Sequence record: NC_019526.1 | Reading direction: 5' to 3' (one strand) | DNA length: 64,000 bases | Part shown: piece by piece, positions 47,999 through 58,225 of the stretch | Position numbering within the stretch: the stretch's first letter is position 1 | Layout of the letters: the number at the start of each line of letters is the position of its first letter | The notes under the pieces: generated by a model | Told to the model about the DNA's origin: nothing | Seen by the model: only the letters and a program-made list of their open reading frames with translations | The model's database searches: none | Made by a program: the position numbers and the translations under genes

Positions 47999-49199
47999 TA
48001 AATTATACGTAGCACGTTCATATGCTGGAACAGATAAAATAAATGGAAGTATAATCGATGCAACAAAAGATCATACTAAAGCATATCAGGATAAAAAATC
48101 CAGAGTAGATCAACGCCACCGACATAATACACTGGCTTCACTTGAACTGGATAATGTCCCAACAAAGGGGTTCAGCGTAGTCAAACAATATAGTTATGTC
48201 AGCCGTGAATGTTTTTTTTCTATTCATCACCCAAGAGGTTTTGAATTTAGTATTTCAGTACAAAATATGATTGATTTGATTGCTAACAATAATATCATCA
48301 ATGGTTCATTTGTTGATGAAATGTACTTCGATGATAAATTACAACTAATCAACAGTAATACTGAAGCGTTTGAAAAAATGAAAAAACGCGAAGAAATCAA
48401 AGAGAAGAACAAAAATACAAAAGAAAATCTTAAATGTGGTAGTGGTTTTGTTTATCTGAAAAATGAATTCTATTACTGTGGTAAAGTTCATGCAATTAGT
48501 GTTCATGCAAACAAAGATTATACATTAACTGATAAAAGTCGTTCATATGATTTAGTATATGATATTGGCAAGAAACTCTATTCTTTGTGTAATGATTTGA
48601 GTAAGTACCAAATTGAACAAAGAGCACTTCTTAATACAAAAACTGATTTAGAAACAGAAGTACAGAAAGCAAATACATATTTTCAAAGTACAGTCAAAAA
48701 AGAATATGCACCTCTTTCCGACCAAAGAGAACCAGTACTAATTCATACCAAATCATTCAAGAAATCCGACTTACGTATTCAGTACAATGATATTTCTTAT
48801 TCAGAAATGTCAAACGGTGTAAATTATTTTTGTTCTAATTTATTATACTTAGCAGAATATAATAATAACACATATAGAGTGTTCTTTGGTCTTAATAAAA
48901 ACTATAAGCCAGGTGTATACCGACATTATAGTAATGATTATGATATAATCAATTCTGGTAATTTTGAGATTTACTGTGCATACCCATGTACTGTGTCAGA
49001 AAATACATTAGAAATGGATGTTGACATTAATAGTCATTATTCTTTTGCTATGTGGGGTGCATATAAATCACCATTCTATCCACCATCCAAGCGTTATGAC
49101 GCATATAGTACCAGTTATAAAAACAAAAAGGAACTAATTCATCTTGATCCATCTAATACAGTACTAAAAGTTGGTCGTTATTATCTACAAGGAAAGTAA
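47985..49199 (+). CDS. hypothetical phage protein
   Basis: 404 aa; DNVPTKGF and HPRGFEFSI motifs resemble a phage family of unknown function as recalled. Confidence 0.75.
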   Translation: MSIPSKLYVARSYAGTDKINGSIIDATKDHTKAYQDKKSRVDQRHRHNTLASLELDNVPTKGFSVVKQYSYVSRECFFSIHHPRGFEFSISVQNMIDLIANNNIINGSFVDEMYFDDKLQLINSNTEAFEKMKKREEIKEKNKNTKENLKCGSGFVYLKNEFYYCGKVHAISVHANKDYTLTDKSRSYDLVYDIGKKLYSLCNDLSKYQIEQRALLNTKTDLETEVQKANTYFQSTVKKEYAPLSDQREPVLIHTKSFKKSDLRIQYNDISYSEMSNGVNYFCSNLLYLAEYNNNTYRVFFGLNKNYKPGVYRHYSNDYDIINSGNFEIYCAYPCTVSENTLEMDVDINSHYSFAMWGAYKSPFYPPSKRYDAYSTSYKNKKELIHLDPSNTVLKVGRYYLQGK

Positions 49200-49201
49200 A
49201 A

Positions 49202-50605
49202 ATGAGCATTCTGTCCATTCTAAATGAAATTAAAAATACCAGCAGTACTAATGCAAAAAAAGATATCCTAAGAGAAAATAAAAATAATATTTTACTACAA
49301 AAGGTAATCAAATACGCATTGGATCCTCTTAAAGTTTATGGATATAAAAAGCTTCCAGAACCAGTCTCAGACGGTTTCAAAATGAGCCTTAATGATGCAC
49401 TGGACGCACTTGACCGTATTGCTAGTCGTGAATTTACTGGTCATGCTGGCCGTGATTTTATTGCATCAGTCCTTGGTTCAGTTAATAAAGATGATGCTGA
49501 AGTACTACGTAAAGTATTGGTTAAAAATCTAGATAATGGTATTCAAGCAAAAATGGCAAATGCTGTTTTTGGTAATATCGTTCTCGATGAAAGTTATATG
49601 CGTTGTGATCTACTTACTGCAAAAACGGCAAAAAAAATTAATTTTAAAAAGTTTGGTTATGCAGTTAGTGAATTAAAACATGATGGTCAATATCTTTCGC
49701 ATATTATCAAAGATGGAAAAGTCACGAGTACCAGTCGCAACTCCAAAATATATGACTTTTATGGAACTAAAGATGATGATATGCTAAAACTTGCTGAACT
49801 TATTCAAAGTTCCGACTCTCGTTTTAGTTCCGGTGTTGTTGTGATGGGTGAAGCATTAGTATACAGTACTGACATGATTAACCCAGAACCAAGAACTACT
49901 GGTAATGGTATTATTCAGAAATTTGGTAAAAATGGCGGTACTATTGACGAAGCCCACAGAGTATTCTTTAAACTATGGGATGTTGTTCCATATGATGCGT
50001 TCATTGAAGGTGAGTGGGATGTTATTAGAAAGGAACGCCGAGAACTATTAGAAAATACATTAAATGAATTAAATTCTAACTTTGTTAAAATGACTGAGTA
50101 CAGAATAGTTCATTCATTCAAAGAAGCATTTGATTATAATACAGAAGTGATGACACAAGGTTCCGAAGGTACTATCATCAAGTCTGAAGACAATATTTTC
50201 AAATCACATACATCACCAACACAACTTAAAGTCAAACTCAAGATGGAAGTTGATTTGAAAATTGTTGGATTTGAAAAAGGTGTAGGAAAACGTAAAGGAA
50301 CACTTGGTTCTATTATTCTACAAAGTGATGATGGTCAATTAGTGACCAACTGTGGGACTGGTTTCACTGATAAAATGCTTGACGAAATCTGGAAAAACAG
50401 AGATAATCTTCTTTACAAAATCGTAGCAGTTGAAGCAAATGATATAGTACTGGATAAGCGTACAAAAGTTCCTAGTTTATTCTTACCAGTATTTGTTGAA
50501 ATTCGTGAAGATAAAAATACTGCTGATACATATAGTAGAATTCAAGAAATCAAAGAAAGTAGTATTGAAGTATTCAGTACTAAACTATTAGAATCAATCA
50601 AATAA
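49202..50605 (+). CDS. lig: ATP-dependent DNA ligase (T4 gp30-like)
   Basis: ELKHDG (motif I), DGE-equivalent MGEAL, LWDVVP, EGTIIK, KVKLK, OB-fold GTG..D, SLFLPVF..IR.DK. Confidence 0.95.
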   Translation: MSILSILNEIKNTSSTNAKKDILRENKNNILLQKVIKYALDPLKVYGYKKLPEPVSDGFKMSLNDALDALDRIASREFTGHAGRDFIASVLGSVNKDDAEVLRKVLVKNLDNGIQAKMANAVFGNIVLDESYMRCDLLTAKTAKKINFKKFGYAVSELKHDGQYLSHIIKDGKVTSTSRNSKIYDFYGTKDDDMLKLAELIQSSDSRFSSGVVVMGEALVYSTDMINPEPRTTGNGIIQKFGKNGGTIDEAHRVFFKLWDVVPYDAFIEGEWDVIRKERRELLENTLNELNSNFVKMTEYRIVHSFKEAFDYNTEVMTQGSEGTIIKSEDNIFKSHTSPTQLKVKLKMEVDLKIVGFEKGVGKRKGTLGSIILQSDDGQLVTNCGTGFTDKMLDEIWKNRDNLLYKIVAVEANDIVLDKRTKVPSLFLPVFVEIREDKNTADTYSRIQEIKESSIEVFSTKLLESIK

Positions 50606-50615
50606 TGAACAGGAA

Positions 50616-50645
50616 TAGAGAGTACTAAGTACTCTCTAACTTTTT
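50616..50645 (+). terminator. hairpin/terminator
   Basis: TAGAGAGTAC-taa-GTACTCTCTA + ACTTTTT. Confidence 0.65.
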
Positions 50646-51041
50646 ATGTACATAAAAATGCTAAATTTTAGTAATAATGATTTTATATTTACATCAACTG
50701 AATCACCACAGTCGTATTTGAATATGAATAATCTACCTTCTGGTATTATGTATCATTGTGATGTATCTACAATTTTTGATTCAAATAATCCTGAATTTCA
50801 TTTCGTTGAAAAATCAAGATATAATAACAATGTTGGTATTATCAATGGTGGATTATATGAGTATGCATTTGATTACGATAAAAATTATTATGTAGCAATA
50901 CCAAATAGTAGTTTAGTGTATTCATATATGCTGACTGATATAATTGGATTACCATTCAGTACTAAATTATTGAAATTTGATTTGAGGGTGATTGAACCAG
51001 TACTATTATGGGATTTTATTTTTGCAATGAAATCGCTTTAA
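50646..51041 (+). CDS. hypothetical protein
   Basis: 131-aa ORF; start uncertain. Confidence 0.6.
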   Translation: MYIKMLNFSNNDFIFTSTESPQSYLNMNNLPSGIMYHCDVSTIFDSNNPEFHFVEKSRYNNNVGIINGGLYEYAFDYDKNYYVAIPNSSLVYSYMLTDIIGLPFSTKLLKFDLRVIEPVLLWDFIFAMKSL

Positions 51042-51044
51042 TTC

Positions 51045-51073
51045 TTGACAAATGTAAAAATTTGTGATATAGT
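51045..51073 (+). promoter_or_regulatory. sigma70-type promoter with extended -10
   Basis: TTGACA-17 bp-TATAGT, with the same TGTGATATAGT as at 13435. Confidence 0.8.
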
Positions 51074-51181
51074 GATTGTAATGATTGCAGTATTAAAATA
51101 CGTATATGTAAAATGGAGAATATACTATGATTAATTTGACATAAGAAGAAACTGCTGTTATTATAAAAAAATAATCAATAA

Positions 51182-51204
51182 GCTCACCATAAGGTGAGCA
51201 TTTT
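51182..51204 (+). terminator. intrinsic terminator
   Basis: GCTCACC-ataa-GGTGAGC-ATTTT. Confidence 0.65.
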
Positions 51205-51253
51205 GTCTCAAAATACTTACAATTTAATAGATTAAAATATACAAAGGATTTGT

Positions 51254-52078
51254 ATGAAAGTAACAGGAAAGGGAAATCAGAAGGATGACCTATTTCATAT
51301 AGATAAGTTTTTAAATACTGGTAAATTTTTACCAGGAACAATATTTTCTCGTTCAACTACTAGACAAAAGAACAATAAAGGTGTAATATCATATCCATAT
51401 TGGAATTATAAATGCCCCAAATGTTCACATGATGAATTTGTTGAACATGGTTTATGTTCTGGTGTATTCGAAGGTGAATGTCAAAAACTAAAATTAGGAA
51501 AACGTAATTGTAGATGTGCTCCGACATATAGGTGGACACAAGAACAACGAGAATATCAAATACAAAAAGAAATCGATGAACGTGGTCTAGAAAATTATTT
51601 TATTGGATGGGTTGATCCTGAAGGATATAAAAATAATGGAAGTAAAATTATAATTGGATGTATAAATTCAGATGATGATGGTACCCAACATAAAAGTTAT
51701 ACTATAGCAATAAATGATTTTCTCCATGGTCATAAAGGTTGTGCTAAATGTGCTGGTCAAACACAAAAACATGCATATATAAATGTTGTATATAATGAAA
51801 ATAAACCAGTAGCTATAAAATTTGGAATTGCAAATGCACCACACATAAGGATTGAATTTCAAAATAGTAAAAATTTATATAAGATGGTTCAACCGCACAT
51901 TTACAAATTTTTCAGTACTGAACAATGTAAAGATGCTGAACGATATTGTAAATCAATTTATAAAAATGTTTTAACAAAAGAACAACTATTTGATGGTTAT
52001 ACTGAAACCACACTATTGGAAAATATAGAAAATATTATTCAAATCTATGAAAAATATGGTGGAATCAGAACAAAATAA
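51254..52078 (+). mobile_element. free-standing homing-type endonuclease: zinc ribbons + T5orf172/GIY-YIG-like domain
   Basis: CPKC, CRC, CAKCA; Y...IKFGIA....RI...AERY...GYTET. Confidence 0.7.
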
Positions 52079-52147
52079 TGATTGACATTTTATTTGTTTA
52101 TGTTACAATGTCTCTATAAATTGATTAATAAACACGAGGAAATACAA

Positions 52148-52849
52148 ATGCTAGATCAATTCACATTCGGTGGTTACTCATCCGGTACACAAATTACTAA
52201 CTACAGTGTTCCAATTGTGGTAGAAAAAGAAAATGGGCAAGAGCGTTCTTATGACTTGTCTTCTCGTATGATGAAAGAACGTATTATTTTCATCGATTCT
52301 GATTTCAATCCACAAATGGCACACATTCTAAAAATGCAACTACTTTGGCTTGACTCACAGGATGATGCACCAATTGTATTGTATGTATCATCACCTGGTG
52401 GTTCTGTTCATGATGGTCTAGGTATTGCTGACGTTGCGAAATACTGTCGCTCTCCAATTCGTACTATTGTAATGGGATATGCCGCCAGTATGGGTGCGTT
52501 TACACAAAGTACAGTAGGTACTCCAGGTCATCGTTTTGCTGGCGAATCTGCTATGATTATGTGTCACCAAGTATCTTCAGGCACTAAAGGTCTAATTACT
52601 GATCAGAAGATTGCTCTAAAGCATACTGAACGCCTTAATGAACTACTGATGAAACGCATTGCTGAAAGTGTTGGTGTTTCATATGAACAACTACTTGAAG
52701 ATGCTGACCGTGACTTGTGGCTAAATGCTGAAGAGTCACTAAATTATGGTACTAAGGGTTTCATTGATGGTATTATTCTTAGTGCTAAAAATGAAAAAGG
52801 TGAATTCCTAGTTCGTCGTCGCGGTGGCGTAGAAGAGTGGGTCAAATAA
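52148..52849 (+). CDS. clpP: ClpP protease proteolytic subunit
   Basis: YDLSSRMMKERIIF, SPGGSV, AASMG (Ser), MCHQ (His), RDLWL (Asp); GAGG SD before ATG 52148. Confidence 0.95.
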   Translation: MLDQFTFGGYSSGTQITNYSVPIVVEKENGQERSYDLSSRMMKERIIFIDSDFNPQMAHILKMQLLWLDSQDDAPIVLYVSSPGGSVHDGLGIADVAKYCRSPIRTIVMGYAASMGAFTQSTVGTPGHRFAGESAMIMCHQVSSGTKGLITDQKIALKHTERLNELLMKRIAESVGVSYEQLLEDADRDLWLNAEESLNYGTKGFIDGIILSAKNEKGEFLVRRRGGVEEWVK

Positions 52850-52866
52850 TTTAGTACTGAATAATT

Positions 52867-52892
52867 AAAACCCTCCAATTGGAGGGTATTTT
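52867..52892 (+). terminator. intrinsic terminator
   Basis: ACCCTCC-aatt-GGAGGGT-ATTTT. Confidence 0.75.
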
Positions 52893-52906
52893 GTATAGAG
52901 AGTAAT

Positions 52907-53188
52907 ATGAAACAATTAATTCGAAACAATACAAATGAAGAATCCGAAATTCTAGATGATACTGAATTTCTCAGTACTGCATTAGAACAGATCAGTACTA
53001 CTGCATTAAATCTCAAAGAAGTTGATGCAACTGATAAATTACTTGATGGTTTTTCAGATATTCTTGAACTTCTTAGTGAAGTACTTCTTAAAAATAATAT
53101 CAATCCAAAAAATGCTTTTATTCATGCAGAAAATCTACGTCAAGAAAAGGGAACTTTTCATGACAAGAAAGCAATTAATAAAGACTAA
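52907..53188 (+). CDS. MazG-like/PRA-PH family protein with degenerate acidic motifs
   Basis: KQLIR...ILDDTEF...SDILELL...LRQEKGTF. Confidence 0.6.
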   Translation: MKQLIRNNTNEESEILDDTEFLSTALEQISTTALNLKEVDATDKLLDGFSDILELLSEVLLKNNINPKNAFIHAENLRQEKGTFHDKKAINKD

Positions 53189-53211
53189 CATCAATTAAAA
53201 GGAATTAGAAT

Positions 53212-53676
53212 ATGTCACAACAAGAACAATATGAACTAGGTAAAGTATCTTTCAACAACGGTATTGTATATACTCAGGAAGAACTTAAACAATGTAATCC
53301 ACTATTTCGTACTGGATATAAGGCTGCACAACAAGCAGCGATGCTACGAAATAACAACATTTTCCCCACTGTACTCTTCGATGTTCCAAAACGTCCAGAA
53401 ATTTTCAAACCAACATGGGTTGATATCATGAGTGCAATGAAACGCCCACGATACCATCGCTTACATAGTAATGAAGGCCGTTGGTTGATGTTTGGTATTG
53501 CTAAGCACATTGAAACGCGTACAAGTGAAATCAAGCGTTATAAAGACGTGCTCACTATGGTGGATGAAGCATTTGACTATGTTCTCCAATATGGTTATGA
53601 TGAAGGTGTATTAACGGCACAGGATTGTGAGCAATATAATTACACACCAAAGCCAGTAATTGCAAATAAAGAGTAA
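53212..53676 (+). CDS. hypothetical protein
   Basis: AAGGA SD. Confidence 0.75.
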   Translation: MSQQEQYELGKVSFNNGIVYTQEELKQCNPLFRTGYKAAQQAAMLRNNNIFPTVLFDVPKRPEIFKPTWVDIMSAMKRPRYHRLHSNEGRWLMFGIAKHIETRTSEIKRYKDVLTMVDEAFDYVLQYGYDEGVLTAQDCEQYNYTPKPVIANKE

Positions 53677-53725
53677 AATAGATCCAGTACTACACTCTAT
53701 GTGGTATTTTTGAGGTAATTGTAAT

Positions 53726-55154
53726 ATGCGTAAAATTATTTGTGTTGATATGGATTATTCCGCTGATCCTCTGTGGTTAGGAATTGAAGATGTAGATGAA
53801 CCAGAAAGTATTTCATTCATCAATGAATGTTTGACTGATTACGAGGATGTTTTGAGTAATGAAGTACTACACAGTTTAACTCTATTCCAATCCACATGGG
53901 AAAGTTTTCATAGTTCAAAATACAAATCTGTATTTTCTGCATATTCTTTTCCTGGATCATTCAGTACCAAAGAATACCTGAGTACTTTAGCTTTTTTGTG
54001 TGCTTCACAAATTAAAAAAGAACACCCAGAATGGCGTGTATTTTATACCTCAATGTATGATTATGAAAGGACTGAATTAAAATGAAATTAAAAAATGCAG
54101 ATGTAAAAAACATTAGTACTAAAATTGAATACTTGCATAAGCGTAGAATTGAACTTGCATATGAAATTAGTACTAAAGCATATAATTTAGTTAAAGGGTT
54201 ATATGCCGAATATGAAAAAAATTTCAAATATAGTATTTTAAATACACTTCAATTCAAACCACAATCTTTTGATAGTTTTGAGAAAGATTTGTTTGGTGGT
54301 GGAGGATTCTATAGTACCAAAAAGAAAATTGTACTTGATGTAGTTAATCAGACCAATCCAGGTGTTACTAGGGTGATATTTGTTGATGCTTTGTGGTTTA
54401 AAGTCAAATATACTATAACCAACGAAAAGGATGATGATTTTATTCATCGTGCTGATACAGTAGGTCAAATTTTTGTAGATCATAATAAAGACTTTGATTT
54501 TTATAAAAAATTCCGTATTATTTCTGAATTGGGTGATATAGTATATGAAGATTCAGATTTATCCCGAATTACACGCTGGGAAAGAGAGATTGACAATATG
54601 GAATCAATTTTAGCGGATTACAATAAATGATATATCATTTAACTGAAGAACAAAGTACTGAATACTTTAACAATTTAGAAGCGGTTCTGGACTATCATAA
54701 AAAAATTCATACAGATGCATGTAATATTTTAAATTCTTGGTATACTTTTTATAAACTGAATTTTAATAACCTACCATGGTATATGAAATTTGGTGTTTTA
54801 TCATATAAAAAGTTTTTAGCATCTATTGCTAACGATACTGGGTTAGAAATAAGAAATAAAATGTATCAATATGTAACACCACGCAATATGTCTGGATGGG
54901 TTTATAAATTAAAAATTAATAAAATCCAAAAATTAACTGGTATTGATTTAAGTACCGAAAGTATAAATTTGGTAATTCATGCAATGCATTTTGGTTTACA
55001 ATATGATAGTATGTATGATTTGTATAGAACATTAGAAAAAATAAAAAAATATGGTTCAATTCCATATACTATTGATGAATATGATTTGAAAATTTTTGAA
55101 CATGTATCATTTTTAGTACAACATTATAATATAGAGAAATATAATGAAGCATAA
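53726..55154 (+). CDS. three hypothetical ORFs (53726..54085, 54082..54630, 54627..55154)
   Basis: Coupled ATGA overlaps. Confidence 0.7.
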
Positions 55155-55614
55155 AACATGGTTAAATATTGCTAAAGCGGTTGCAGAGGAAAGTAAATGT
55201 ATTTCACACAAAGTTGGTGCAGTAATTGTAAAGAATAACAGGATTCTCAGTACTGGGTATAATGGTACAAGTTCTGGGGCAGTTAATTGTTGTGATGCGA
55301 ATAGTCATTTAATTCATAATAATGAATTTCAAAATTGGGTATCAGATGAAGCTAAACATGAACATCATGAGTGGAGTAATATTCATGAAATTCACGCAGA
55401 AATGAATGCTTTATTGTATAGCTCTCCACAAGAACGACAGGGTGCAACTCTTTATAGTACAATGCAACCCTGCTATACCTGTTCTAAATTAATTGCAGGA
55501 AGTGGTATTACTAATGTAATTTATGAAAAAGAATACCCACGTACACCACCCGAAGCAATTGAAGTTTTAAAAGATGCTGGTATTACAGTTAATAAATTAT
55601 CAGATTTGGAATAA
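55144..55614 (+). CDS. cd: dCMP deaminase
   Basis: S.C....VGAVIV, GYNG, HAEMNA, PCYTCSK. Confidence 0.93.
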   Translation: MKHKTWLNIAKAVAEESKCISHKVGAVIVKNNRILSTGYNGTSSGAVNCCDANSHLIHNNEFQNWVSDEAKHEHHEWSNIHEIHAEMNALLYSSPQERQGATLYSTMQPCYTCSKLIAGSGITNVIYEKEYPRTPPEAIEVLKDAGITVNKLSDLE

Positions 55615-55681
55615 TTATTTTAACATAATAAATGTACTTTTGGATTATATACAATTAGTATCTTTTGAGTTAAAATAATAC

Positions 55682-55717
55682 AAAAAAAGGAGAACTATAA
55701 AGTTCTCCTTAATTTTT
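55682..55717. terminator. bidirectional terminator between convergent genes
   Basis: A-run, AGGAGAAC-tataaa-GTTCTCCT, T-rich tail. Confidence 0.75.
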
Positions 55718-55720
55718 AAA

Positions 55721-56359
55721 TTATTCTACTGTGACTTCAACAGTATCAGTTTTGTTTCCATCATTGGTGGTTACAGTTATAGTTGCAGTACCAGTAGCTA
55801 CATATGAAACTAGTCCAGTACTATCTACAGTACAAACACCCTCTGCACTGGAAGACCATGTAACAGATTTATCGGTTGCATCCAATGGTAGTACTGAGAT
55901 ACTCAATTGTTCAGTACCACCTACAGCACCAGTAAGCGTTTTTGGTGAAACGGTAACGCTTTCTACATGAACGACTGGTGGTTTTACGTTAGTGCGTCTA
56001 AAAATAAATCCACCATTGTCCAACTTGACTTTGTTGAGTTGGTAGAGTATACTGAATCCCTCGACACCGGTTTTTGGGTCAGATTCTTTGATACAAAAGG
56101 TATTTACTGCTAGTGAATCAGCAATATCTTCGTCAGCATCGGAATATTTTAGTGCTACCAGATTTGAATCGCGGTGAACTAGTCTAATAAATGTATAAAC
56201 AGTTCCATCTGTGGAAATCAAATCATACACATCAAAAGTTCTTTGTTTGTATACAAATAGGTCGCCAACATGAACTGTACCATTAACATTTGCCGCAGTG
56301 ACTTTCAATCCATCAACAACAAACGGATAATGGTTTTGTTTTGCGATAACACGTGCCAT
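55721..56359 (-). CDS. Ig-like (Big_2) domain protein, probably virion-associated
   Basis: C-terminal VESVTVSPKT...ATDKSVTWSSS...VDSTGLV....GTATITVTTNDGNKT; GGGAG SD on the minus strand. Confidence 0.85.
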   Translation of the reverse strand: MARVIAKQNHYPFVVDGLKVTAANVNGTVHVGDLFVYKQRTFDVYDLISTDGTVYTFIRLVHRDSNLVALKYSDADEDIADSLAVNTFCIKESDPKTGVEGFSILYQLNKVKLDNGGFIFRRTNVKPPVVHVESVTVSPKTLTGAVGGTEQLSISVLPLDATDKSVTWSSSAEGVCTVDSTGLVSYVATGTATITVTTNDGNKTDTVEVTVE

Positions 56360-56458
56360 TATTTTCTCCCTTTTATAAAAACTTGTAAACGTTATTAAAT
56401 TTATGTTTATTATAAAATTTTATATAACCTTACTATTATTTACCAATTTAGAGGAAAT

Positions 56459-57055
56459 ATGTTTATTGTACTAAAAGAATTTTTATATAATACATTAATT
56501 GCTTTTTCACTTATTTTCCCATCACATGATATTCAACAGAATGTAACTGTAAACGATAGTAACGTATTAATTTTTAATACGAAAATAAACGACGAATCAG
56601 TACAAAGAGCGGAAACATTATATAAGAAATATAAGTACAAAACCATTTCTATTACCTCACCGGGAGGTGATGTGAATTCTAGTTTCGAATTAGCAGTCTT
56701 TGCTTCTGACCATAATATTAAAGTTCATGTACCACAGTACTGTGCAAGTGCATGTACAGTTATATTTTTTGCTGCTGATAAACAAAACAGAGTTATGGAT
56801 AAAGATGCTATTATTGCTATTCATAATGTTTCGGTTGTGGCTAATGATGATATTTCTGGTAATGAAACCATATCTATCAATACTGCCATGGATTTAATGA
56901 AAGATACATCAGAAATCGTAGCAGCTATGTATAGTTTATATGCATATGTTGGTATTCCAGGTGAAATCCTGATGAGAACAAGCACTATGCACGGAGCTGA
57001 TTCTTATCAAATAACAAAAAAACAACTCCAAATGTGGGGCATTTTAGAAAAATAA
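56459..57055 (+). CDS. exported ClpP/crotonase-fold serine-protease-like protein
   Basis: N-terminal hydrophobic segment; TSPGG.V, CASAC, R, IAIH. Confidence 0.7.
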   Translation: MFIVLKEFLYNTLIAFSLIFPSHDIQQNVTVNDSNVLIFNTKINDESVQRAETLYKKYKYKTISITSPGGDVNSSFELAVFASDHNIKVHVPQYCASACTVIFFAADKQNRVMDKDAIIAIHNVSVVANDDISGNETISINTAMDLMKDTSEIVAAMYSLYAYVGIPGEILMRTSTMHGADSYQITKKQLQMWGILEK

Positions 57056-57075
57056 ATCTGTACAAGAATATCATT

Positions 57076-57142
57076 TGTGATATAATAATTAAACAGAGAG
57101 TGATGTAGCTCTCTTTTATATAGCTTAGGGAGTACTAAGACA
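57076..57142 (+). promoter_or_regulatory. extended -10 promoter plus a two-hairpin leader with the SD in a loop
   Basis: TGTGATATAAT; AGAGAG-tgatgtag-CTCTCT; CTTAG-ggagta-CTAAG, then 3 nt, then ATG. Confidence 0.65.
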
Positions 57143-58207
57143 ATGAAAGAAAAAGTTTATGTATATATTGGACGTTTCCAAATTCCACATATTGGTCATG
57201 AAGAAGTCCTCAAACATGCGATCAAAATTGCAGATCGTGTTATCATTCAGGTCGGTTCAAGTGAACTGGCTCGTGATCCAAAAAACCCATTCACGTTTGA
57301 AGAACGTAAGTCAGTACTAGAAGAAATTACAAAACGTGTAGCTCAAGATGAATGGAATAAAGGTCGAACTGTTAAAATCGATATTATGCCATTACATGAT
57401 TATGTATATGATAATAATGCATGGCTAAAAGAAGTACAGGATAATGTTAAAACATGTACTTCAAGTAATGATATTACTATTACTGGTTGTCGTAAAAATG
57501 GTGATAACAGTACTGAATATCTTAACTATTTTCCTCAATGGAAAAATGACTTCATTAACGAAGTACAAAGTAATGCAAAGGGTACTATTAGTAGTACTGA
57601 ACTACGCGAAGCTTTCTTTGTCTCTGGTAAAGTTCCAACTGAATTTGTTTCAAAAGAAACAACAGAATTTCTAGAAAATTTTGTCAGTACTAAACCAGAT
57701 GTATTCGATAATCTTATTAAAGAATATGAATTCATTAATCGTTATATTGAACAAATGAAAGAAGCACTACCTTATGATATTCCATTTTTGACGGGTGATG
57801 CTATCGTTGTGGCTGCGGGACATGTACTCTTGGGACGTCGAAGAACTCAACCAGGCTTGAATAACCTCTGTATCCCTGGGGGATTCATACAGGCATTTTC
57901 TGATAAAGATCAAATTGATACGGCTATTCGTGAACTTAAAGAAGAAACAAAAATTGATGTACCAGAAAAAGTACTTCGTGGTAATATAGTAAACGTAATG
58001 GATTTTTCTGATATGAATCGTTCCTTGCGTTGGCGTATTCTCACTAAAGCAGTACTGATCCAGTTACCAGACACTACATTACCAAAAGTAAAAGGGAGTG
58101 ATGATCTAAAACATGCTCAATGGATCCCACTGAGTGATGTTGAAAAATATCGTGATCAATTTTTTGAAGATCACTATAGTATCTTACAAATTATGCTAAA
58201 ATTATAA
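57143..58207 (+). CDS. nadM: bifunctional NMN adenylyltransferase / Nudix (ADP-ribose pyrophosphatase)
   Basis: IGRFQIPHIGH, GSS....D.KNPF, ISSTELR, Nudix PGGF...AIRELKEET, GSDD. Confidence 0.95.
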   Translation: MKEKVYVYIGRFQIPHIGHEEVLKHAIKIADRVIIQVGSSELARDPKNPFTFEERKSVLEEITKRVAQDEWNKGRTVKIDIMPLHDYVYDNNAWLKEVQDNVKTCTSSNDITITGCRKNGDNSTEYLNYFPQWKNDFINEVQSNAKGTISSTELREAFFVSGKVPTEFVSKETTEFLENFVSTKPDVFDNLIKEYEFINRYIEQMKEALPYDIPFLTGDAIVVAAGHVLLGRRRTQPGLNNLCIPGGFIQAFSDKDQIDTAIRELKEETKIDVPEKVLRGNIVNVMDFSDMNRSLRWRILTKAVLIQLPDTTLPKVKGSDDLKHAQWIPLSDVEKYRDQFFEDHYSILQIMLKL

Positions 58208-58225
58208 TAAAAAAATAGAACATGG

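Noticed and set aside
25160-57674. Alternate-frame plus-strand ORFs (25160..25447, 39743..39955, 45725..45958, 55731..55970, 56700..56897, 57444..57674)
   Set aside because: They are nested in real genes and show no evident SD; 45725..45958 is in the wrong frame relative to the restored 45393..46068 gene.
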